From contig CACASI010000002.1 in assembly GCA_902535055.1 (NCBI GenBank), positions 15,333 through 79,332 of the forward strand: 64,000 bases of DNA, read 5' to 3'. Shown piece by piece: positions 8,514 to 18,170 of the stretch. The position numbers and the translations under genes were made by a program. The DNA comes from an uncultured Candidatus Actinomarina sp. Lineage in GTDB: Bacteria; Actinomycetota; Acidimicrobiia; Actinomarinales; Actinomarinaceae. The first letter of the stretch is position 1. Every line of letters begins with the position of its first letter. Under the pieces are notes generated by a model. It saw only the letters and a list, made by a program, of their open reading frames with translations, ran no database searches and was not told the DNA's origin.

Positions 8514-9443
8514 TTATTTATTTATGACGCTACTTAGATCACCATTCAAAATATCTTTTACATTTTCTGCAGTTTGTTTACCTGCTTTTAGTTGAGCCTC
8601 TTTCGTTGAAGCGCCAAGATGAGGAGTAGTAACAATATTTGAATTTGAGAAAAATTCATCAACTATTGGAGGTTCTTTTTCATAAACGTCGAGGCCTCCA
8701 AAAATTATTTTTTTATCATCTACTAATGCAAAAAGACTTTTCTCGTCAACAATACCTCCCCGAGATGTGTTCACTATGATTCCACCTTCTTTAATCATAT
8801 TTAATGCTTTAGAATCGATTAGATTTTCTGTTTCTTTAGTTTTATTAACATGAATAGAAATTACATCTGAAGTTTTCATTAAATGGTCTAAATCTACTTT
8901 GGTTGCTTCATTTTTAGATTCCTCAATATAAGGGTCGTAAAAGACTATTTTCATACCAAAAGCATAAAGTCTTTTTGCTACCTCATTAGCAGCCTTCCCA
9001 AAGCCAATAAGACCTAACTGCTTGTCATAAAGCTCAGTGCCAGTAAATTTTTGTCTGTTCCATTCGCCTGCTTTAAGTGAGTTATTTGATATGTGGATAT
9101 TTCTGGCTGCAGAAATAATTATTCCAATTGTAAGTTCTGCGACTGAGATGATATTAGCATTTGGAGAGTTAGTTACATAAATATTGTTTTTAGAGGCTTG
9201 TTCTAAATCAATATTATCAACACCAACTCCACATCGAGCAATTACTTTTAATTGTTTCGCAGAGTTTATCAATTCTTTAGTAATTGTTGTGGCACTCCTT
9301 ATTACAACTACTTCCGCGTCTAAAATATTTTTAGATATCTGGTCTTCTTTATTTTCATCATCAGAAATATTTGTTACTTCACCTATTTTACTGAAAATAT
9401 CTATAACATCTTTTTCTAAGCTATCACATATTAAAATTTTCAT
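8514..9443 (-). CDS. D-isomer-specific 2-hydroxyacid dehydrogenase (short D-3-phosphoglycerate dehydrogenase-like)
   Basis: 309 aa with the NAD-binding GLIGFGKAANEVAKR, plus SRGGIVDE and TPHLGAST blocks. Confidence 0.8.
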   Translation of the reverse strand: MKILICDSLEKDVIDIFSKIGEVTNISDDENKEDQISKNILDAEVVVIRSATTITKELINSAKQLKVIARCGVGVDNIDLEQASKNNIYVTNSPNANIISVAELTIGIIISAARNIHISNNSLKAGEWNRQKFTGTELYDKQLGLIGFGKAANEVAKRLYAFGMKIVFYDPYIEESKNEATKVDLDHLMKTSDVISIHVNKTKETENLIDSKALNMIKEGGIIVNTSRGGIVDEKSLFALVDDKKIIFGGLDVYEKEPPIVDEFFSNSNIVTTPHLGASTKEAQLKAGKQTAENVKDILNGDLSSVINK

Positions 9444-9444
9444 T

Positions 9445-10236
9445 TCACTCTGCTCTGAGCTTTTCTAGTGCTAATTCATGCAACCTATTTGATGATGAGG
9501 CTAAAACATATACATTCTTATCACTAAAGTTTAAATTATTGCCTTCCCAATCTGTCATAATTCCACCTGAGCCTTGAACAATCTTAATTAAGGGTAGGTA
9601 GTCATGAGGAGCAGTTAATTTTTCAGCAACAATATCTAAATAACCACTAGCTAATAATCCATAGTTGTAACAATCACTTCCTGTAGTTGTTACTTTTACA
9701 CTTTCTTCTAGAGATTGATATGCCCTCCATTTTTCCATACCAAATTCATGACTTGAAGTTGTAGCCATTACAGAATTTTCAAGTTTATCGATTTCTCTAC
9801 ATTTTGTAATATTGCCATTAACTATTGTTGTGTCATTATCAAATGACATCCATCTTTCTTGTAAAGCCGGGCAATCAATTACCCCTCCAATTATTTTTTC
9901 ATTCTTTACTAATGCAATTAATGTTCCAAAATCAGATTTTCCTGCGACAAAACTTCGAGTTCCATCAATCGGATCAATATACCATGTGTATTCAGATGAC
10001 TTATCAACTATCTCAAACTCTTCGCCAATAATGTTGTGGCCCGGAAAGTTTTTTTCGATTTCCCTTCTAATGACTTGTTCAATTTGCTTATCAGCTAGGG
10101 TCACTGGACTTTCATCACCTTTAATTGTCAAATCTCTTATATCCCTAAAGTAAGTAAGAGCAATTTTTCCTGATAATTCTAAAGTTTCATTACAAAAGTT
10201 AATAAGTGTTTTCGAATCAAGTTTATTTTGTAACAT
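9445..10236 (-). CDS. Inositol monophosphatase-family phosphatase (possibly histidinol-phosphatase HisN-type)
   Basis: 263 aa with IMPase motifs GEE, WYIDPIDGT and a C-terminal WD-containing block. Confidence 0.75.
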   Translation of the reverse strand: MLQNKLDSKTLINFCNETLELSGKIALTYFRDIRDLTIKGDESPVTLADKQIEQVIRREIEKNFPGHNIIGEEFEIVDKSSEYTWYIDPIDGTRSFVAGKSDFGTLIALVKNEKIIGGVIDCPALQERWMSFDNDTTIVNGNITKCREIDKLENSVMATTSSHEFGMEKWRAYQSLEESVKVTTTGSDCYNYGLLASGYLDIVAEKLTAPHDYLPLIKIVQGSGGIMTDWEGNNLNFSDKNVYVLASSSNRLHELALEKLRAE

Positions 10237-10244
10237 TACACTGA

Positions 10245-10505
10245 TTATAAAGAATTAATTTTATTTGTAAGTTCAACATCTGATGGTTCAACCAGAAAGC
10301 TTCCATCATCAAAAACTATAGTTGGGATTCGTGGATTTTGATTTTGAATTTTTTTTGCAATTTCGAATCCTTCTTTGTCATAATCAATATCAATTTCTGT
10401 GAAAGCTATACCTAATTTATCAAAAACTTTTTTTGACCTTACACAATCTCCACACCACTGTGTGCTGTACATGACAATTTTTGGTTGATTATTCATTTGA
10501 GCCAA
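10245..10505 (-). CDS. Glutaredoxin-like protein (mycoredoxin/NrdH-like), CGDC active site
   Basis: 86 aa. It has the MYSTQWCGDCVRSKK motif and an IPTIVFDDG cis-Pro block. Confidence 0.75.
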   Translation of the reverse strand: MAQMNNQPKIVMYSTQWCGDCVRSKKVFDKLGIAFTEIDIDYDKEGFEIAKKIQNQNPRIPTIVFDDGSFLVEPSDVELTNKINSL

Positions 10506-10749
10506 ATGGGTCTGTCAAAACTGATAGTAAATCACTTAATTTTCCCAAATTTTCAAATAAGGGTTCGAGTTGATTAAAATTTTCAATAGCTACTTCTATT
10601 TCTGGTAATACATTTTTCATATCTTCTATCACAACCATCGCAGATGAAACTTGAATAGATAAATCTCCAATTGTATTTTGAACATAAAAAATAAGAAGCC
10701 CAAATAATGCAAGTATTAGAACCTGTAGAACTAATACGATTTTTAACAC
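10489..10749 (-). CDS. Small single-pass membrane protein, unknown function
   Basis: 86 aa with an N-terminal TM helix (LKIVLVLQVLILALFGLLIFYV) and an acidic helical tail. It is wedged between trxA and the grx-like gene and overlaps the latter by 17 nt. Confidence 0.45.
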   Translation of the reverse strand: MLKIVLVLQVLILALFGLLIFYVQNTIGDLSIQVSSAMVVIEDMKNVLPEIEVAIENFNQLEPLFENLGKLSDLLSVLTDPFGSNE

Positions 10750-10751
10750 TA

Positions 10752-11063
10752 TTAACCTAGTGCGTCAATTTTTTCTTTAATGACTTCTTTTGGTTGAACT
10801 CCAACAAATCTCTCTTTAACTTCACCATCTTTTAGGATCACAACTGTAGGAACTCCCATTACTTGATTTTGTCCTGCAATTTGTGGATGTTGATCAACAT
10901 CCAGTTTTACAAATTCAACACCATCTATTTCATCATTCAATTCTTCTAATATTGGACTCAATACTTTACAAGGCCCACACCAAGTGGCATGAAAATCAAT
11001 AACTACCGGAGTTGGGGAGTTAATAATTTCAGCATATTCTTCAGCATTTATTTCTTTTACCAT
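10752..11063 (-). CDS. trxA: Thioredoxin
   Basis: 103 aa with the WCGPC active site and a GVPT cis-Pro block. Confidence 0.92.
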   Translation of the reverse strand: MVKEINAEEYAEIINSPTPVVIDFHATWCGPCKVLSPILEELNDEIDGVEFVKLDVDQHPQIAGQNQVMGVPTVVILKDGEVKERFVGVQPKEVIKEKIDALG

Positions 11064-11126
11064 TTTTTCCTTTAATTTCTTTTAAGTCTATAAATTCTAA
11101 ATTTATAAAAGTAATTTAAAAATAAA

Positions 11127-11561
11127 TTATTTGTAGTTCCTTATTTCTTTTTTGACCCTTTTTTCAGTCATTTTGTTTCTTTTGTCAAAATTTTTCATAC
11201 CTTTTGATAAAGCTATTTCAACTTTTATGAATCCATTTTGTTCAAAAACTTTAGTAGCAATAAGCGTAAGACCCTTTGTTGAAGTTAATCCAATTAATCT
11301 TTTTATCTCTTTTTTGTGTAATAACAACTTTCTAGGAGCTTTTGGATTGTAATCTATTAATTCTGCATATTTGTAAGGTTCAATATTCATTTCTCTCAAA
11401 ATTGCTTCTTCATTTTCAACAGTTGCAAATGCATCAATTATAGAAAGTGCTCCATTTCTTATGCTTTTTGTTTCAGCTCCAGTCAAAACAATTCCTGCTT
11501 CAAAAAATTCAATAAATTCATATGAATTTCTTGCTTTTCTATTTTCTGCAAATACTTTCAT
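11127..11561 (-). CDS. smpB: SsrA-binding protein SmpB
   Basis: ENRKARNSYEFIEFFEAGIVLTGAETKSIRNG and LLLHKKEI blocks. I chose the ATG at 11561 (MKVFAENRKA), which forms an ATGA overlap with the upstream gene's stop. The ORF track offers a longer start at 11576. Confidence 0.88.
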   Translation of the reverse strand: MKVFAENRKARNSYEFIEFFEAGIVLTGAETKSIRNGALSIIDAFATVENEEAILREMNIEPYKYAELIDYNPKAPRKLLLHKKEIKRLIGLTSTKGLTLIATKVFEQNGFIKVEIALSKGMKNFDKRNKMTEKRVKKEIRNYK

Positions 11562-12934
11562 CAATCTAAGAAACAATAAGGATTCATTCTACCTCTAGAA
11601 GTTGGATCTAGGTAGGGAAGACTACAACTGACAGAGTTTGGATTTTTTAAGCGTACTTCAAAGTGTAAATGTGGTCCTGACGATCTTCCTGTATTTCCAA
11701 CTGTTCCAATTACATCACCAGTTACAACTGTCTGTCCAACTGAAGTTCTTATTTCATTCATATGGAAATACAATGTAGTCATACCTCCCCCATGATCAAT
11801 AAAAACTGTTCTTCCAGCTAAGCCGTAATATCTTGCAAGAATAACCACTCCTCCTGCAGCAGCTTTTATTGGAGTTCCTGTTCTTCCAGGAATGTCTATA
11901 GCTCCATGAAAACTTGTAACACCTCTAAATCTTCTCCATTTGTAACCACTTGAAACATAACTACCAGTTATAGGCCAAGTTAACTTGTTTGGAGCTACTC
12001 CACCAAGAGAACTTAATCTATTAATGTCCGCTTGAATAGCATCTTCAAGCTTTTCAAGATTCGCATGTTCTGCATCTAGCTTTGCAAGTTGATTATTTGC
12101 TTCAGTAAGGAGATTCTGTGCTTTTTTTCTCTCTGCTAAAACAGCAGCTTTTTTATTTTCAACTTGTCGTTTCTCTCTCTCTACTCTATTTTTACTTTCT
12201 TCAACTTCTTCAGCATTTTCTTCAGCTTCAATTGATATTTGATTCTTTCTTTCTTCTTCCATTTGTAATGAGGAAATAATTTCTTCCCTTTGCTCTTCGC
12301 GTTCAGATAAAAATTCAGTTTGCGTTTCCGATAAGCTTTCAAAAGAATTTAAGGATTCAATTATTTCATACGCTGTATTCACAATTGCTGATGCATAGCC
12401 CAATGCTGCTAAAAAATCTGATAAATCATTGAGACTTATGAATAAGGCAGTTGCCGGACTCATCACTCCATCTATATACATGTCTACTGCTTTAATCTGT
12501 AACTCATCTTTTGCAGAATTTAAATTTTTTTGTGTCTCAAATAATTCATCTTTAACTTTTGCTATTTCATTTTTAGTTTTCCCTAAAGTCACTTGTTCTC
12601 TAACAATATTTTCCTGAACTGATGCAAGATTATTTAATGATTGATCATATCCCTCTAATGCTTTTTCTAAGGCAGCTTCAGCAATTGCAAGTTTCCGCTG
12701 AACCTCAGCAAGTTCATCATTAACTTTCTTAAGTGCTGTGTCGTTTGCTAAAATATTTTTTTCTAAATCTGTCTTATCACCCTCATATTGTTTTATTTGA
12801 TTAGCTATTGCTATCAACTGCTTTTCTACCTCTTCTAATCTTTCTTCAGCTGTGATTGCATTAGAAGGTTCTATCACGATCGTTTGTAATGTAATTACAA
12901 ATAATATAAAAGATATTAAAGTCTTTTTAATCAT
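11561..12934 (-). CDS. M23-family peptidoglycan DD-metalloendopeptidase with a long N-terminal coiled coil (EnvC-like)
   Basis: 457 aa with a signal anchor and long coiled coil. The C-terminal M23 motifs are HGAIDIPG and GPHLHFEV. It lies directly downstream of ftsE-ftsX. Confidence 0.85.
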   Translation of the reverse strand: MIKKTLISFILFVITLQTIVIEPSNAITAEERLEEVEKQLIAIANQIKQYEGDKTDLEKNILANDTALKKVNDELAEVQRKLAIAEAALEKALEGYDQSLNNLASVQENIVREQVTLGKTKNEIAKVKDELFETQKNLNSAKDELQIKAVDMYIDGVMSPATALFISLNDLSDFLAALGYASAIVNTAYEIIESLNSFESLSETQTEFLSEREEQREEIISSLQMEEERKNQISIEAEENAEEVEESKNRVEREKRQVENKKAAVLAERKKAQNLLTEANNQLAKLDAEHANLEKLEDAIQADINRLSSLGGVAPNKLTWPITGSYVSSGYKWRRFRGVTSFHGAIDIPGRTGTPIKAAAGGVVILARYYGLAGRTVFIDHGGGMTTLYFHMNEIRTSVGQTVVTGDVIGTVGNTGRSSGPHLHFEVRLKNPNSVSCSLPYLDPTSRGRMNPYCFLD

Positions 12935-13802
12935 TTAAGGCTTTTCTAATCCCGACAAAACTTGCAAAGAATCCAAAAAGAACAGTTGATAATAATAAAA
13001 TTAAGGTTAGATTAATCAAATAAGAATCTGAAATAGCAATATCAAAAATACTTTCTGATATAAAAGACGTTTTTGAATACTGGATAAAGCCCCAACCAAG
13101 ACCTACTGCAATACTTGTTCCAATCAAAGACTCAAATATTGCTTCAAATATAAATGGTAGTCTTATGTATGTAGAGGAAGCCCCAATAGTTCTCATAATT
13201 TTTATCTCTTTTTTCTTTGCATAAGCAGTTAGCCTCAATGTGTTAATAATTAAAATAAAAGCAGCAAACGCAATTAATCCAGCAAAAATAGTTGCTGATA
13301 AAACTAATGTATTAGTTAAGCTTAAAAGTCTTTCTATGGCCTCACCAGAAGCTCTAATTTCTTTTACCGCTGGGTTTCCATCCATTCTCTCAATAATTAA
13401 TTCATAGTCAGCAGGATCATTTAAATTTATTCTCAATGATGTAGGAAGAATATCAAGATCTACTTCTTGTAATAATTCTGGTTGGTCTTTAAATAATGAC
13501 TTAAATTCTTCTGATGCTTCAGTTTTTGAAAAATACTCTACCATTCTTACTTCAGGGTAAGTTTCAAGAGTCTCCTGAAGTTGCTTATGCGCTGTTGAGG
13601 TGACTCTATCGTCAAGAAAAATTACAACATGTACTCCATTTTGCCATCGTGAAGTATTATTTTCAACAATAGCTCTTGCAGAAAGTGTTGTGAAAACAAG
13701 AAATGATGAAACTAGTACTGCAAGCATTGTTGCAATAACTAATAGAGGGTTCCTTCTCATATTTATGAAAGTATTCTTTAATACGTAATTTAATTTTTTC
13801 AT
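12927..13802 (-). CDS. ftsX: Cell-division ABC permease-like protein FtsX
   Basis: 291 aa with 4 TM helices and a large first extracytoplasmic loop. It follows ftsE. Confidence 0.85.
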   Translation of the reverse strand: MKKLNYVLKNTFINMRRNPLLVIATMLAVLVSSFLVFTTLSARAIVENNTSRWQNGVHVVIFLDDRVTSTAHKQLQETLETYPEVRMVEYFSKTEASEEFKSLFKDQPELLQEVDLDILPTSLRINLNDPADYELIIERMDGNPAVKEIRASGEAIERLLSLTNTLVLSATIFAGLIAFAAFILIINTLRLTAYAKKKEIKIMRTIGASSTYIRLPFIFEAIFESLIGTSIAVGLGWGFIQYSKTSFISESIFDIAISDSYLINLTLILLLSTVLFGFFASFVGIRKALND

Positions 13803-13808
13803 AAATAT

Positions 13809-14486
13809 CTAAATGTATCTTCCCTGATCTACATCACTCATTAGTTTTCCATCTTTTAATTGCAAAACTCTTTTTTTTCTTCTATTTACGATCGAAGAAT
13901 CATGAGTAGCCATTAATACCGTTGTTCCAGCTCTATTTATTTTTTCTAATAAGGTAAGTATTTGAATACTTAAATCAGGATCTAAATTTCCTGTAGGTTC
14001 ATCACATAAAAGTAACAATGGATTTGAAGCTAAAGCTCTTGCTATACAAGCTCTAGTTTGTTCTCCTCCTGAAAGCTGAGACGGAAATTTGTACATACTT
14101 TCTTGTAAATCTACAAGATCAATAAGGGTACTGGCTTTTTCATCAATTTCTTTTTCATCAAATCCGAGTACTTCAAGAGCGAAACTTACATTTTCAAAAG
14201 TTGTTCTATCTTCTAATAATTGTGGTTCTTGCGTCACAATTCCTAATTTTCTTCTTAATAAAGGTATTTTCCATTTTGGTAAAGTTGTTACGTCCATATC
14301 AACAACTTCAATTTCTCCCTTGGTGGCTGAGTAGTCTTTGTATAAAAGCTTAAGTAAAGATGATTTTCCACTTCCAGAATGACCGATAAGATAAACGAAT
14401 TCCCCCTCTGAAATTTCAGTTGAAACATTAGAAAGTGCAACACTTCCACCTTCAAAAACTAAAGAAACATTGTCTAATTTAATCAT
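13809..14486 (-). CDS. ftsE: Cell-division ATP-binding protein FtsE
   Basis: 225 aa with Walker A GHSGSGKSS, signature LSGGEQ and Walker B LLLCDEPTGNLD. Confidence 0.9.
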   Translation of the reverse strand: MIKLDNVSLVFEGGSVALSNVSTEISEGEFVYLIGHSGSGKSSLLKLLYKDYSATKGEIEVVDMDVTTLPKWKIPLLRRKLGIVTQEPQLLEDRTTFENVSFALEVLGFDEKEIDEKASTLIDLVDLQESMYKFPSQLSGGEQTRACIARALASNPLLLLCDEPTGNLDPDLSIQILTLLEKINRAGTTVLMATHDSSIVNRRKKRVLQLKDGKLMSDVDQGRYI

Positions 14487-15583
14487 TTAATCCCTGTCTA
14501 CGCCATTTTAGGTACTCATTAATAAATATGTTAATATCTCCATCTAAAACTGATTGAATATTTCCAACTTCAATGTTTGTTCTTGAATCTTTTACTTGTT
14601 GGTATGGTTGCATAACGTAAGATCTAATTTGTCTGCCCCATCCTGCTTCAACTTGTTCACCTCTAATCGAATCAAGTTTTTTCATTTTTTCTTCTCTTTC
14701 TAGAATTATAAGTTTTGATTTTAATAGACTCAATGCTCTTACTTTATTTTGTAATTGCGATCTCTCTGCCTGACAAGCAACAACAATTCCAGATGGAATA
14801 TGAGTCACTCTTACCGCAGAGTCAGTTGTATTAACATGTTGACCTCCAGCACCAGATGATCTGTAAACATCTATTCTTATGTCATCATCATTAATGTCTA
14901 GATCTTCTGAGTCTTCAATTAAAGGAACAACATCTACACCAGCAAAACTAGTATGTCTTCTTTTGTTGCTGTCAAAAGGACTAATTCTAACTAAACGATG
15001 GACTCCCCTTTCACTTTCTAGATTTGCATAAGCTCTAAAATTTTCAACTCTTATCGAGGCGGATTTTATTCCAGCTTCTTCACCAGTTGAAATTTCTTCG
15101 ATTTCATAGCTCATTTTCTTATCGTCTAAATATCTCGTATACATCCTCAATAACATTTCTGCCCAATCATGGGCATCAACACCGCCAGCACCTGCATTAA
15201 CAGTTAATACAGCTGAATGATCATCGAACTCGCTTGAATACAAAGATTCTTCTTCTAAATCAATAATTTTTTGTTCAATTTCATCAAATTGAGGTTTTAT
15301 TTCTTCTAATTCAGATGGATTGTCTTTGCTTAATTCAGTCAATTCTTCAAGGTCTTTTATTTCACTATCTAAAGTATTTAATAGCTTTATAACTTTTTCT
15401 AGATTTGAAGCGCTTTTAACAATGTTTTGAGCATTAGGATTTTCCGACCAGAAATTTTCTTTAGAAATTATTTTATTAAGATTTAGAAATTCTTCTCTTT
15501 TATTATCAAAGTCAAAGATACTCCTTGGCAGAAGTTAATCTTTCCCTAAAAGTCTTTATTTTGCTTCGGATTTCTTTATACAT
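14479..15583 (-). CDS. prfB: Peptide chain release factor 2, requires a programmed +1 frameshift
   Basis: The track ORF (14479..15342) contains SPF and GGQHVNTTDSAVR (GGQ) but lacks the N-terminus. My translation from the ATG at 15583 gives MYKEIRSKIKTFRERLTSAKEYL then TGA. Shifting +1 gives DFDNKREEFLNLNKIISKENFWSENPNAQ..., which runs into the track ORF. Confidence 0.9.
15511..15526 (-). promoter_or_regulatory. prfB autoregulatory +1 frameshift site
   Basis: The minus strand reads AAGGAG TAT CTT TGA C. This is an SD-like element three nt upstream of the CTT TGA C slippery/stop context, as in the E. coli paradigm. Confidence 0.85.
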
Positions 15584-18168
15584 TTATCGTCTATTCCACA
15601 TTTTTTATATTTTATACCACAACCTAATGGGCAAGGATCATTTCTACCAATTTTTTCTTTGTTATTTAAACTTACCTCTTTAGGATCTTTAGTTTCTGAT
15701 TTTTCTTTATTATCTTGTTTTGCATTTTCAAAATTCAATAAAAGTCTAACGACGGATAATTTTACATTATCTATTAAATCTTCAAATAAATCATATCCTT
15801 CTTTTTGATATTCAACCAGAGGATCTCTCTGACCCATTGCTCTAAGGCCAATTCCTGATCTCAAATAATCCATCTCTGATAAATGATTTTTCCAAGATTG
15901 ATCTATAAATGAAAGCGAACCTATTCGTGCTAAATTCATAAAATTTTCCTTGTCAGATTCTAAATTTTTTGAATATAAATTTTCAAGAGATAGTCTGATA
16001 TCTAAATTATCGTTCAACTCTAAATCTTTTAACAAATGTTTTTTTATATTGTCAGATAGGAGAAGGCTTAATTCGTCATCTACAAAATTACTAAACTCAT
16101 CAAGACTTTCATATTGTGTTTTATAATTCTCAATACTGTTTTGTACATCTTCAATAACGTCATCTCGCCATTCAAATATCAAATCCTCAATATTTTCTGA
16201 TCTTAAAAGCTGTCTTCTCCATCTATATATAACGTCTCTTTGTTGATTAAGTACTTGATCAAATTTAAGTACATTTTTCCTAATTTCAAAGTTTAAAGAT
16301 TCAACTTGTGCCTGAGCTCTTTCGATACTCTTTGTAACCATGTTTTGCTCTATTTTTTCTTCATCTGGTAAATTTAATTTATCCATTATTGACTGAATTC
16401 GTTCACCCTGAAAGCGTCTCATTAATTCATCTTCAAGGCTGATATAAAATCTAGACTCACCTGGATCACCCTGTCTTCCAGATCTTCCTCTTAATTGATT
16501 GTCAATTCTTCTTGATTCATGACGTTCAGTCCCGATTACGTACAATCCTCCTAAATCTTTAACTTTTTCTTTCTCATCATTTATAGAAGAATCGTACTCT
16601 ATGATTAATTGCCCAATGTATTCTTCATCATCTTCTCTATTTTCTTTTTCTGCTTGGGCATTAGCCATAAATTCGCTGTTTCCACCAAGCTTTATATCCA
16701 CACCTCTTCCTGCCATGTTTGTAGCAACAGTCACAGATTTTAAACGTCCAGCTTGTGCAATAATTGAAGCTTCCTCTAAATGATTTTTTGCATTTAACAC
16801 CGAATGCTTAATACTATTTTTTGTAAGTTCTTTAGAAATTTCTTCGGATGAATCTACAGAAACCGTACCTAATAATACGGGCTGTCCCAATTCATGACGC
16901 TCCTTGATATCTTCAACAACAGCATTTAATTTTGCTTGTCTCGTCTTATAGACAGTATCTTGATTGTCATTTCTTGCAATAGGTAGATTTGTTGGAATCT
17001 CAACTACTTCAAGATTATAAATTTGAATTAGTTCATCTTCTTCTGTTTTTGCTGTTCCAGTCATTCCAGATAGATTTTCATACATCCTAAAATAATTTTG
17101 ATAAGTAATCGATGCTAGCGTTTGATTTTCATCCTGAATCCTCAGATTTTCTTTCGCTTCAATGGCTTGATGAAGTCCATCAGAATACCTCCTACCTTCT
17201 AATACACGTCCTGTAAATTCGTCTACTATTTTTACCTGACCATCAGCATTAATATAATCCACATCTTTTTTATATATTTCTTTTGCTCTTAAAGAAGCCG
17301 TTAAATAATGAATAAAGTTAGTTGCTGTATTTTCATACAAGTTATCAACACCTAATTTTTGTTCTATAAACTCAATACCATCTTCAGTTGGATGGATTTG
17401 TTTTTTTGACTCATCGACTTCATAATGAATATCTTTTTTCATTTGCTTAACAAGCTTTGAAAATTGTAAATACCATTTTGTAGATTCTTCTACTCTGCCA
17501 GAAATAATTAGAGGAGTCCTTGCTTCATCAACTAAGATAGAATCAACTTCATCAATAACAGCATAGAAAAGGTCACCTTGAGTTAATTGATCCGAAGTTT
17601 GGGCCATATTGTCTCTAAGATAATCAAATCCAAATTCATTGTTTGTTCCATAGACGATGTCTTTTTTATATTCTAAAACTTTTTCTTTGTATTCTTGACC
17701 TGAGAAGATAAGACCGACTTCTAAACCTAAAAAGTTATAAATTGGGCTCATCCATTCTGCGTCTCTTTTTGATAAGTAATCATTCACGGTTACAACATGT
17801 ACACCCTTCTGATGAAGTGCCATAAATGAAATAGGAAGTGTTGAAACTAAGGTTTTTCCTTCACCAGTTTTCATTTCGGCAATTTTATTTCTTAGTAACA
17901 CCATCCCGCCAAAAAGCTGGACATCGTAATGACGTTGTCCAATTGTCCTTTTTGATGCTTCTCTGACAAGGGAGAACGCTTCAACCTCATGTTCAAATTT
18001 ATTTTCTGAATTAAGTTTTGTTTTTAATTCTTGAAAGGTATCTTTAATTTCCTGATCTGTAAGTTTTTCAGTTTCAGGTTCTCTTAAATTAATTAACTCA
18101 ACTTTTTTATTTAATTCTTGAGCAAGTTTTCCACTTCCAACAGATAAGACTTTTTTAAAAATACTCAA
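15556..18168 (-). CDS. secA: Preprotein translocase ATPase SecA
   Basis: 870 aa with MKTGEGKT Walker A, a DEAD-like DEVDS box and a C-terminal zinc-finger-like tail CPLGCGIKYKKCG. Confidence 0.95.
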   Translation of the reverse strand: MSIFKKVLSVGSGKLAQELNKKVELINLREPETEKLTDQEIKDTFQELKTKLNSENKFEHEVEAFSLVREASKRTIGQRHYDVQLFGGMVLLRNKIAEMKTGEGKTLVSTLPISFMALHQKGVHVVTVNDYLSKRDAEWMSPIYNFLGLEVGLIFSGQEYKEKVLEYKKDIVYGTNNEFGFDYLRDNMAQTSDQLTQGDLFYAVIDEVDSILVDEARTPLIISGRVEESTKWYLQFSKLVKQMKKDIHYEVDESKKQIHPTEDGIEFIEQKLGVDNLYENTATNFIHYLTASLRAKEIYKKDVDYINADGQVKIVDEFTGRVLEGRRYSDGLHQAIEAKENLRIQDENQTLASITYQNYFRMYENLSGMTGTAKTEEDELIQIYNLEVVEIPTNLPIARNDNQDTVYKTRQAKLNAVVEDIKERHELGQPVLLGTVSVDSSEEISKELTKNSIKHSVLNAKNHLEEASIIAQAGRLKSVTVATNMAGRGVDIKLGGNSEFMANAQAEKENREDDEEYIGQLIIEYDSSINDEKEKVKDLGGLYVIGTERHESRRIDNQLRGRSGRQGDPGESRFYISLEDELMRRFQGERIQSIMDKLNLPDEEKIEQNMVTKSIERAQAQVESLNFEIRKNVLKFDQVLNQQRDVIYRWRRQLLRSENIEDLIFEWRDDVIEDVQNSIENYKTQYESLDEFSNFVDDELSLLLSDNIKKHLLKDLELNDNLDIRLSLENLYSKNLESDKENFMNLARIGSLSFIDQSWKNHLSEMDYLRSGIGLRAMGQRDPLVEYQKEGYDLFEDLIDNVKLSVVRLLLNFENAKQDNKEKSETKDPKEVSLNNKEKIGRNDPCPLGCGIKYKKCGIDDKCIKKSEAK

Positions 18169-18170
18169 AT

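Noticed and set aside
14479-15342. RF2 as a truncated 287-aa gene or pseudogene
   Set aside because: The missing N-terminus is recovered by the canonical CTT TGA C +1 frameshift upstream, so the gene is intact.
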